Source of the DNA: an uncultured Marinilabiliaceae bacterium
GTDB taxonomy: Bacteria; Bacteroidota; Bacteroidia; Bacteroidales; Marinilabiliaceae
Direction: 5' to 3'
Length of the DNA: 64,000 nt
Assembly (NCBI GenBank): GCA_964635545.1
Contig: CAZWOA010000003.1
Coordinates: 9,229-73,228, forward strand
Part shown: positions 50,580 through 58,502 of the stretch, piece after piece
Numbering within the stretch: the first letter of the stretch is position 1
Layout of the letters: every line of letters starts with the position of its first letter
Position numbers and translations under genes: made by a program
The notes under the pieces: model-generated
Database searches by the model: none
What the model saw: only the letters and a program-made list of their open reading frames with translations
Told to the model about the DNA's origin: nothing

Positions 50580-50657
50580 ATAGTCACGCATCATAAATAG
50601 TGAACCTAATAGCCTTGATATTGTTGTAATATTAACACAATAAAAAATTAAAAAATC

Positions 50658-50864
50658 ATGGCAACTAATAGTGCAAAACTTAATGTGGAAGGCATGACTT
50701 GCAACCATTGTAAAGCTACAGTTGAGAAATTTGTAGGAAAGTTAGAGGGAGTTAAAACTGTTAATGCCACCCCGGCCGATAATAGTGTGGTAATAGAAGG
50801 CGACAACATTAACATTGACCTCGTGAAAGAGACGATTACCAAATTGGGTTATACCGTTAAATAG
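50658..50864 (+). CDS. Heavy-metal-associated (HMA) domain metallochaperone (CopZ-like)
   Basis: 68 aa with the GMTCNHC metal-binding motif. Confidence 0.88.
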   Translation: MATNSAKLNVEGMTCNHCKATVEKFVGKLEGVKTVNATPADNSVVIEGDNINIDLVKETITKLGYTVK

Positions 50865-50876
50865 CAAAAATGAAGG

Positions 50877-50905
50877 GGCTGCTCTACTTTGGGTAGCCTT
50901 TTTTC
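50877..50905 (+). terminator. Rho-independent terminator after the HMA gene
   Basis: Stem ggctgc/gtagcc (one G-U pair), 10-nt loop, followed by tttttt. Confidence 0.6.
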
Positions 50906-51011
50906 TTTAACAATGACAGTTTTACTCTCTGTAATCAACACAATTTATGCTCATAATTTATAAGCCTACATCAATAAAAGCATGAATATGGAAAAGCAAC
51001 AAAAATTTTTA

Positions 51012-51019
51012 TACTTTTG
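51012..51019 (+). promoter_or_regulatory. Putative -7 box (TACTTTTG) for the cob operon
   Basis: Perfect TAnnTTTG, 119 nt upstream of the cobT ATG. Confidence 0.35.
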
Positions 51020-51137
51020 ATAAGGATAATATGCTTTTATATTCAGCTGCATATCCGGATTTTAATAAAGAACATTAACCAGTTTCGGGCAAAAGAGCAA
51101 TATCTACAGTGCAATTGTCCGTAATAAAACCATTAAA

Positions 51138-52178
51138 ATGATAAAAGACATCAAGATTGAAGTGCCTGGCAATGAGCTAAGTGATGCTATAAAAACAAAG
51201 ATAGACCTAAAGACAAAGCCTGTGGGGTCGTTGGGAGCACTGGAAACAGCAGCCCATAAAATATGCATAATTCAGAATACACTATCACCACAAATAGCCA
51301 ATGGTGCGGTGCTGGTATGTGCTGCCGACCACGGCATTGTTGATGAAGGTGTATCGCCTTATCCACAGGATGTTACGTGGCAGATGGTGATGAACTTTGT
51401 GGGTGGAGGTGCAGCAATTAATGTATTTGCAAGGCAGCATAACCTGCAATTAATGGTTGCTGATGCAGGTGTTAAATTCAACTTTGAGCCCTCTATTCCA
51501 ATTACACACCGCAAGGTGCGCATGGGAAGCCGAAATTTTGCGATAGAGCCTGCTATGACTGCCCAAGAGTGCAACACAGCAATGCAAAACGGAGCCGATA
51601 TAGTAAATGAACTCCATGCCAAAGGGTGCAATACCATCATTTTTGGTGAGATGGGCATTGGCAACACAACCTCTGCCACAGCACTATTTTGTAAATATAG
51701 TGGTGTGCGCACTTCGCTTGCAACAGGTGCCGGCACAGGTTTGGATAGTGCAGGCGTTAAACATAAAAGCGAAGTTATAGCAAAGGCGATAGAAAAATAT
51801 ATTGATATAAAAGACCCATTCGATATACTATGCACATTAGGAGGCCTTGAAATTGCCATGATAGCCGGCGGAATGCTTCAGGCTGCTGCAAATAAAATGG
51901 TGATTCTGGTAGATGGTTTTATTGTTACATCAGCTCTTATGGCTGCCCATGCGATTAACCCTAACACACTGGAGTACTGCATTTTCTCACACCAATCGGA
52001 TGAACAAGGACACAAACTGATGCTCGATTACTTAGGTGCTAAACCGCTTTTAAATCTAAGCATGCGACTTGGAGAAGGCACAGGTGCTGCAGTAGCTTAC
52101 CCGATAATTATTTCCGCAGTTAATTTCTTTAACGAAATGAGCAGTTTTGAAGAGGCCGGGGTCGATCAACAACAATAA
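51138..52178 (+). CDS. cobT: Nicotinate-nucleotide--dimethylbenzimidazole phosphoribosyltransferase
   Basis: 346 aa, KPVGSLGALE, GEMGIGNTT, LRLGEGTGA. Confidence 0.95.
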   Translation: MIKDIKIEVPGNELSDAIKTKIDLKTKPVGSLGALETAAHKICIIQNTLSPQIANGAVLVCAADHGIVDEGVSPYPQDVTWQMVMNFVGGGAAINVFARQHNLQLMVADAGVKFNFEPSIPITHRKVRMGSRNFAIEPAMTAQECNTAMQNGADIVNELHAKGCNTIIFGEMGIGNTTSATALFCKYSGVRTSLATGAGTGLDSAGVKHKSEVIAKAIEKYIDIKDPFDILCTLGGLEIAMIAGGMLQAAANKMVILVDGFIVTSALMAAHAINPNTLEYCIFSHQSDEQGHKLMLDYLGAKPLLNLSMRLGEGTGAAVAYPIIISAVNFFNEMSSFEEAGVDQQQ

Positions 52179-52186
52179 TATTACAG

Positions 52187-52957
52187 ATGATAAAAAAAGA
52201 GATTAAATATTTCCTCACCGCCCTATCATTCTTCACACGTTTTCCGGTGGGTAGTATAGTTGACTACAGCCAGGATTCACTGAACAGATGTAACCGATAC
52301 TTCCCATTGATTGGGCTTATTGTGGGCGGAGTAGCAGCACTGTCATACTATCTTTTTTTGCTAATATTACCTGCATCGGTGGCGTTATTGCTATCGATGC
52401 TGCTAACAATTCTGTTTACAGGCGCATTTCATGAAGATGGATTTGCAGATATGTGCGATGGTTTTGGCGGTGGCTGGAAAAAAGAGCAAATCCTCAACAT
52501 AATGAAAGACAGCCGAATAGGCACTTACGGATCGATAGGACTTATCGGAATATTGCTGCTAAAATACAGCTCACTCATGGAACTGCGTCACAATCAGATA
52601 TTTGCAATAATGGTTTCAGCACATATCCTTAGCCGCACAATGGCTGTTACCACCATGTACACACTTAGTTACGTACGCGAGGATGAAGCCAGCAAGTCAA
52701 AACCAATCACCAAAAACCTGCATATAAAAGACTTAACAATCGCACTTTTATCATCAGCAGTGATTTTACTTATTCATCTTTATTGGCTTCCCGCCATATT
52801 TCTGATATCAATAATACCCATGTTTATGGTAAAACGGTTGATGGAACGCTGGTTTGTGAAACACATTGGCGGTTATGTGGGCGATTGCCTTGGCGCAATA
52901 CAACAAGTTACCGAAATAGTTTTTTACCTCACAATGCTAGTGATATTTTTAAATTAA
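52187..52957 (+). CDS. cobS: Adenosylcobinamide-GDP ribazoletransferase (cobalamin synthase)
   Basis: 256 aa membrane protein, FTRFPV, GAFHEDGFADMCDG. Confidence 0.93.
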   Translation: MIKKEIKYFLTALSFFTRFPVGSIVDYSQDSLNRCNRYFPLIGLIVGGVAALSYYLFLLILPASVALLLSMLLTILFTGAFHEDGFADMCDGFGGGWKKEQILNIMKDSRIGTYGSIGLIGILLLKYSSLMELRHNQIFAIMVSAHILSRTMAVTTMYTLSYVREDEASKSKPITKNLHIKDLTIALLSSAVILLIHLYWLPAIFLISIIPMFMVKRLMERWFVKHIGGYVGDCLGAIQQVTEIVFYLTMLVIFLN

Positions 52958-52961
52958 CATC

Positions 52962-53528
52962 ATGAAAATTTATATAATCAGGCATACGACACCATCTGTA
53001 AGCACCGACATATGTTACGGCATTACCGATCTTGAACTTGCTAAAAGCTACTGGGATGAGAAACAAAAAATAAAAAATATCATTTCTGATTTCAAGCCCG
53101 ACATAGTGTTTTCAAGCCCATTGAAAAGATGCCACACACTGGCAAAAGATCTGTTCCCCAACTATGAAATATCGATTGATGACAATCTCAAGGAGCTTGA
53201 TTTTGGAAACTGGGAAATGAAGCCCTGGAGTGAAATACCCATTGAAGAAATTGAGCCATGGTCGGGTGATTTTTTACAGTCTGCACCACCACAAGGAGAA
53301 ACATTCAATAGTTTGGTAAATCGTGCCAATAGATTTATTGAACATCTTATCACATTACCGGCCGAAAGTAATGTTGCGGTTGTAACACATTCGGGAGTAA
53401 TCAGGGCTTTCTTGATGAAATGGCTGGCAATACCGCACACGCATATTTTCAATCTTGATTTAGACTATGGAGCTATTCTAAAAGTGAAAATAGTTAAGAA
53501 TAATGTGCGAGTTAAGTTTATCTTATAA
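52962..53528 (+). CDS. cobC: Alpha-ribazole phosphatase (histidine phosphatase family)
   Basis: 188 aa, IYIIRHT catalytic His motif and VVTHSGVIR. Confidence 0.85.
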   Translation: MKIYIIRHTTPSVSTDICYGITDLELAKSYWDEKQKIKNIISDFKPDIVFSSPLKRCHTLAKDLFPNYEISIDDNLKELDFGNWEMKPWSEIPIEEIEPWSGDFLQSAPPQGETFNSLVNRANRFIEHLITLPAESNVAVVTHSGVIRAFLMKWLAIPHTHIFNLDLDYGAILKVKIVKNNVRVKFIL

Positions 53529-53639
53529 ATTGACACGATATGGTGGAGTTTTAAAGAGGAAAACAGAAAATTGAGAAACTATATAATAAATTTTAGAACA
53601 AAATTACAAGTGATTTTTTTCGTAATTTTAATTTAGTAA

Positions 53640-53655
53640 TTTAGTATTTACTAAA
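53640..53655. promoter_or_regulatory. 16-bp palindrome (TTTAGTA-TT-TACTAAA) immediately upstream of the ATPase gene
   Basis: Perfect 7-bp inverted arms, 10 nt before the ATG at 53666, preceded by a tandem taatttag-taatttag. Confidence 0.4.
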
Positions 53656-53665
53656 ATACAAATAA

Positions 53666-54877
53666 ATGATTGAATCAATTAAAATTCAGAAATTTAGAAA
53701 CATAAATGACCTAACTATAGGGTCGTTATCGCGGATTAATCTGATAACTGGTAAAAACAATTCAGGTAAATCAACTTTACTAGAAGCATTAGCAATTTAT
53801 ATCACAAAATGCGATTTAAATGTAATATTTCAATTACTTGAGGATAGAGGTGAAAATTACAGTAAGGTTTCAGATACAAGAGGCACAGCAGAAGCAAATA
53901 TCAAATCACTTTCTTCACTATTTACCAATAGAACTTTGGGATTTGCCAAGACAGACAAAATAGTGATTAAGCCCAATTATAACACACTTGTAGATTATCA
54001 GAATATTGTTGACAATTCAGTTACATTACGATTTGTAAAATACTATGATGACATTGTTCAATCTAAAGATGAAATATCAAACCAAAGAAAACGTATAATA
54101 ATAGATGATGATTCTGATAGATCGATTATTGATTATAAGTTAGGCTTAGAAATTGGCGTAGGGTCACTTTCAACAATCTTAACGCTTGAAGAAGAGAGAC
54201 TTTATAGTAGAGTAAGATATAGAAACATAGGCAACATTGATAATTTCCAATTTATTAAAACTAGAAATATCGATCGGGAGATAAACGGCAAATTATGGGA
54301 CAATATTACTTTAACTGAAAAAGAGGAATATGTAATAAAGGCACTAAAAATTATTGAACCAAACATAGAACGAATTGCATTTATTAATGATGGTTCAACA
54401 AGCAGATCTGCTGTCATAAAATTATCTAATAGCAATAGTGTATTTCCGATACGAAGCATGGGTGATGGCATAAACAGAATTATGACTATTATTCTAGCAT
54501 TGGTAAATTCAGACAATGGCTTTCTTTTAATTGATGAGTTTGAAAACGGTTTGCATCATTCAGTACAAGAAAAACTATGGAGTATAATTTTTGAATTATC
54601 AGCTATACTCAATATACAAATATTTGCAACTACACATAGTGAGGATTGTATAGCAGGATTTGAAACAATACTCAACAAGGCGGACAATAATGTTGAAGGG
54701 AGACTTATAAGACTAGATAATAGCAACGGTGTTATTAAACAAGTTGCATACACCAAAGATCAAATAAGGATTGCAATGAAAAATGACATTGAAACTAGAA
54801 CACTCTTGGTTGGCAATACAGGAAGACCCGGGAACTCCTATGGGCTTGAGTATAACGAAAAGATATTTATCAGCTGA
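53666..54877 (+). CDS. ABC/SMC-like AAA ATPase (AAA_15/AAA_21-type, as in the ATPase subunits of two-gene defence systems); solo gene
   Basis: 403 aa. It has Walker A GKNNSGKST, signature-like SMGDGINR, Walker B FLLIDEFENGLH and H-loop ATTHS. GC is about 27-33% in hand-counted samples. Confidence 0.85.
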   Translation: MIESIKIQKFRNINDLTIGSLSRINLITGKNNSGKSTLLEALAIYITKCDLNVIFQLLEDRGENYSKVSDTRGTAEANIKSLSSLFTNRTLGFAKTDKIVIKPNYNTLVDYQNIVDNSVTLRFVKYYDDIVQSKDEISNQRKRIIIDDDSDRSIIDYKLGLEIGVGSLSTILTLEEERLYSRVRYRNIGNIDNFQFIKTRNIDREINGKLWDNITLTEKEEYVIKALKIIEPNIERIAFINDGSTSRSAVIKLSNSNSVFPIRSMGDGINRIMTIILALVNSDNGFLLIDEFENGLHHSVQEKLWSIIFELSAILNIQIFATTHSEDCIAGFETILNKADNNVEGRLIRLDNSNGVIKQVAYTKDQIRIAMKNDIETRTLLVGNTGRPGNSYGLEYNEKIFIS

Positions 54878-54965
54878 AAGAGAAGTATGCCAGATATTAG
54901 TAAAATGGTTGAAAGAGCTATTTAGTGCATAATATATTTAAAAAAAGAATTATTTACAATTATCT

Positions 54966-55475
54966 ATGGCAAAAATAGTAATGATAACCGGTGGAACTCG
55001 CTCGGGCAAAAGCAATTTTGCACAGAAAATGGCGCTATGCCTCTCTCCTACTCCAGTATATTTGGCAACATCAAGAATATGGGATGATGAGCATCATGAA
55101 CGAATTAAAAGGCACCAAAATGACCGAGGTGATGAATGGATAAATATTGAAGAAGAGAAAGAGCTTTCGAAGCATGATTTCACCGGCAAAACAGTGCTAA
55201 TAGACTGTGTTACACTATGGTTAACCAATTACTTTTTTGATAATAATTCGGATATTGAAAATAGTTTGGAGTTGGCAAAACAAGAATTTGAAGAGCTTAA
55301 AAAGCAAGATGCCACATTTATATTTGTAACCAATGAGATAGGGCTTGGCGGCCACAACGCCAATGATATCCAGAGGCACTTCACCGATTTACAGGGCTGG
55401 ATGAATCAACACATTGCAGCACTAGCTGATGAAGTATATCTTATGGTGTCGGGGATTGAGGTGAAGATAAAATAA
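54966..55475 (+). CDS. cobU: Bifunctional adenosylcobinamide kinase / adenosylcobinamide-phosphate guanylyltransferase
   Basis: 169 aa, ITGGTRSGKS P-loop and VTNEIGLG. Confidence 0.93.
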   Translation: MAKIVMITGGTRSGKSNFAQKMALCLSPTPVYLATSRIWDDEHHERIKRHQNDRGDEWINIEEEKELSKHDFTGKTVLIDCVTLWLTNYFFDNNSDIENSLELAKQEFEELKKQDATFIFVTNEIGLGGHNANDIQRHFTDLQGWMNQHIAALADEVYLMVSGIEVKIK

Positions 55476-55604
55476 ATGGGTTAAAGAGGTTGAGAGTTGT
55501 CTTTTTAGTGGCGATAGTAGCGAAAGGGATGGAGTTAAATAGAGAAATAGTCGAATAGTAAAATAGCCAAAAATTCCCTGCAAGGGTGACATTATGTAAC
55601 CAAG

Positions 55605-55707
55605 AATAATATCACCCCATGCGGGGCTTACCTTATACGGTATTAAGTACCGAAAGCTGCGCTACGCTTGCATACGGTTACTTATGATATATCCCCTGCG
55701 GGGAATT
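55605..55707 (-). repeat. Mosaic hairpin repeat, left copy of an inverted pair flanking the susC/D/E module
   Basis: The reverse complement carries, in the same order as 62286-62388, the exact blocks tccccgcagggga (13 nt), aaccgtatgcaagcgtagcgcagct (25 nt) and ccccgcatggggtg (14 nt). Confidence 0.75.
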
Positions 55708-55871
55708 TGCGTAACTTTCCTAAAGAGGGCTCTATAACAGCCAGTTATGCATTTAAACAAGCAAAAACCTCTTTACAATTTAAAAAACACTTAGCAAGTG
55801 CTAAGGCAACTTCCCCTTTAGGGAACCGAGGAGTAACAACCAACCATGGGTTTCAGCCCGTGGTTATATAC

Positions 55872-55899
55872 GAAAACAGGGCAGTTACTCACTGCCCTG
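55872..55899 (-). terminator. Terminator after the SusE-position lipoprotein gene
   Basis: Perfect 9-bp stem cagggcagt/actgccctg with loop tactc. On the minus strand it is followed by TTTT. It lies 44 nt below the stop at 55943. Confidence 0.6.
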
Positions 55900-55942
55900 C
55901 CCCCATTAATAATCCCAAATTAGTGTTATGGTTTTTTAAGGA

Positions 55943-56749
55943 TTATTTTGCTTTAAATACCCAAACCCAACCTGGTGACCACACCACAGGATTTTGGAAT
56001 AGTACCATACGATTTTCAGTAAGTTCTAGTATTTCATACTGCTTACTACCAGTGGTAGATTCGCCACCACCCATAACACCTAGAATATTAGCATCACCTT
56101 TGATGGTAATCTTATCACCTTTTGCATTAAATGCCCAAGTACTTCCTTTAACTGGTTCACTACTTGGTCCGGCAATGTATGTATAGTTAGCACCACCATC
56201 AAGGTCAAAAATCATTTCACCATCAGCATCAGTACAATCACCGCGACCAGGCTGCCACCAGAAGGCATCAGGACTCTCGTCTGTCATATACCACCAGCGG
56301 TCAGGGTTAGATTCATCAAAAACCCAAGTTTTAGATACTAGTTCCTCACCAACAAGATTAACATAATGCTCTGGAAGTGCATAATCTAACTTTGTAATTT
56401 CCACATCAATAGAAGCAGTTACATATTCTACTTTCGAAACATCACCTCCTGGGAAATAACCAGTAGTAGAGTGGAAAGTAAATGTATGTTTGCCAGGAAT
56501 TGGGAATATCACTTCAGCTCTATCGGTGTAAGCCTTATCAATAACATAATCCCAATAACCAGTAACGCCTGGTGTCACCATCTGTAGCGAAAGTTTGTTA
56601 CTTCCATCCGAAGGTTGAACTACTTTAAGTTCAATTTTTCCGGATTCGAAACTGTTCTTCAGCTCCAGTCTATCCTCTATCGGCTCACAGGCAGTAAATA
56701 AAAGTGCCATTGCAGCCAAGAAGGATCCTATATAATTCAGTTTTTTCAT
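55943..56749 (-). CDS. SusE/F-position outer-membrane lipoprotein (putative surface glycan-binding protein; C-terminus lipocalin-like)
   Basis: The ATG at 56749 gives MKKLNYIGSFLAAMALLFTAC (lipobox). It lies directly downstream of the SusD-like gene. Confidence 0.75.
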   Translation of the reverse strand: MKKLNYIGSFLAAMALLFTACEPIEDRLELKNSFESGKIELKVVQPSDGSNKLSLQMVTPGVTGYWDYVIDKAYTDRAEVIFPIPGKHTFTFHSTTGYFPGGDVSKVEYVTASIDVEITKLDYALPEHYVNLVGEELVSKTWVFDESNPDRWWYMTDESPDAFWWQPGRGDCTDADGEMIFDLDGGANYTYIAGPSSEPVKGSTWAFNAKGDKITIKGDANILGVMGGGESTTGSKQYEILELTENRMVLFQNPVVWSPGWVWVFKAK

Positions 56750-56776
56750 AATATCAATATTTTGCATTAACACTAT

Positions 56777-58492
56777 TTACCAGCCTGGGTTTTGGCTATA
56801 TGCACCATTCGAAAGGCTCACTTGGCTCTCTGGAATAGGACGCAAACCTTTAGTTTCAACTCTATAAGTTCTGGTGTATTGAGCTTCAACTCCTGACTCC
56901 ATTGTAACGTTAGCTACTTTTTTATAGTAGTTGTCTCCATCTACATCACCCCAGCGCACTAGGTCGAACCAGCGGATACCTTCGAAAGCAAACTCGCGTA
57001 GTCTCTCCTCTTTAAGAGCTTCAACAGAGTATGCAACATCAGTGTGGTTAGCACCATAAGCTCTTGCATGTACCTTATTCAGTCCAGTAGCAGTACCGGT
57101 AAGTTCAGAGTGCATTAGAAGCACATCAGCATAGCGTAGGTAGTAGAAATCCTGAGCATGAGCAAGCATGAAGCTTCCGTCACCCGCATTATAAATTTCT
57201 TTCCACATTGTTGTTCCATCTTCAAACTGGATGTTTGTATATTTTTTATTAAACATTCCAGATTCATGGTCACCTTGTCCTCCAGAGTATTCATCTGTAG
57301 CCTGATCGGCATCACCCATTACAAGTACAGAACCATCTTTACGCATATCATCATCACTCCAGCTCGAGTAGAAACGAGGGTGAATAGTACCTGCACCCCA
57401 ACCTTCGCCAAAAGGAATCATGCTGTTTTTACGAATTCCGGTAAATAAGGTAACCCAGTTACGGTTTTTCTGAGTAGTTCCCCAGTCAGCAGCATTAGCA
57501 TAACGAAGAGCAAACATAACCTCTTTATTACCTGTTCCATGAATACCTGCATTGTAACCATCTTGACCAACCCACTTAAGGTTATTGGCAGCAGCCCAAG
57601 GAAGAAGTTCCTCTCCAGAAGCTTCGTTAATATAAGAATAAGGCCATAGGTTACGGAAATCAGGAGTCAACTCATAACCACTATTATTAATAATATCCTC
57701 AAGATGAGAGATAATATCAGATTTGCTTACTTGACCACCCTCAGCTAAAGGAAGCACATCAGTAGCACTCTTCTCAATATTGGTTTGATATCCGGTATAG
57801 AACAGATATGTACGGGCAAGGTAGGCTTTTGCCACCCACACCGTTGCATGACCATAATCGGCTGCATCATACTCTGAAGCATTCTTAGCAACCATCATAT
57901 CTGCTGCCATTTTAAAGTCGGAAGCAATTTGAGCAAAAGTCTCTTCAAACGAGTTCCTTGGACCATCATAAGGACCCTCAGGAACAGTAATCACAGGCAT
58001 TCCACCAAAGAAACGTGCTGCGCGGAACATTAAAAATCCTCTTAAGAAATAAGCCTCACCAAGAACATCATTTTTAAATTCTTCAGCCTCTGCTAGACTA
58101 TTAAATGAAGACGAGAAATCATTATTGGTAACCGACTGAATAATAGTATTAACCCTTGCTAAACCATTGTAAGTTATCAACCATAGGTCTTGGTGTACGT
58201 TTTCCTCAGGATTGGTAAACTGACCAATATTTTTGGCCCATGTATCATCCGATCCACCACCAGGAAGTACCACGTCCTCTAGTAGCATAGCAACTAGATG
58301 CTCGTCACTAGTGTGGTTAGGAGAATAAAACGAGTTGTACACTCCTGTCAAAGCATCTTTCATCTGGGCAGGAGTTTTATAATAGGTATCTGAAGTTTCT
58401 GAAAAAATCACTTCAGTATCCAAAAAGTCGCTACACCCTATGGTAAATAAGAAAGCCAAGGGGGCAAACAATAGATATATTACTTTTTTCAT
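56777..58492 (-). CDS. RagB/SusD-family nutrient-binding outer-membrane lipoprotein
   Basis: 571 aa, lipobox TIGC, TPR-like helical SusD features, and a C-terminal YSQNPGW motif. It lies 10 nt downstream of the SusC-like gene. Confidence 0.93.
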   Translation of the reverse strand: MKKVIYLLFAPLAFLFTIGCSDFLDTEVIFSETSDTYYKTPAQMKDALTGVYNSFYSPNHTSDEHLVAMLLEDVVLPGGGSDDTWAKNIGQFTNPEENVHQDLWLITYNGLARVNTIIQSVTNNDFSSSFNSLAEAEEFKNDVLGEAYFLRGFLMFRAARFFGGMPVITVPEGPYDGPRNSFEETFAQIASDFKMAADMMVAKNASEYDAADYGHATVWVAKAYLARTYLFYTGYQTNIEKSATDVLPLAEGGQVSKSDIISHLEDIINNSGYELTPDFRNLWPYSYINEASGEELLPWAAANNLKWVGQDGYNAGIHGTGNKEVMFALRYANAADWGTTQKNRNWVTLFTGIRKNSMIPFGEGWGAGTIHPRFYSSWSDDDMRKDGSVLVMGDADQATDEYSGGQGDHESGMFNKKYTNIQFEDGTTMWKEIYNAGDGSFMLAHAQDFYYLRYADVLLMHSELTGTATGLNKVHARAYGANHTDVAYSVEALKEERLREFAFEGIRWFDLVRWGDVDGDNYYKKVANVTMESGVEAQYTRTYRVETKGLRPIPESQVSLSNGAYSQNPGW

Positions 58493-58502
58493 AGTTTACT
58501 GA

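Noticed and set aside
50865-51137. Cobalamin riboswitch upstream of cobT
   Set aside because: None of the conserved B12-box or core motifs could be recognised by eye. The absence is reported as a finding, not as a feature.
55668-56186. 172-aa plus-strand ORF
   Set aside because: Its 5' half is read through the mosaic repeats (ISPAGNL..., GFQPVV... are typical repeat translations). Its 3' half is antisense to the SusE-position lipoprotein gene. It is spurious.
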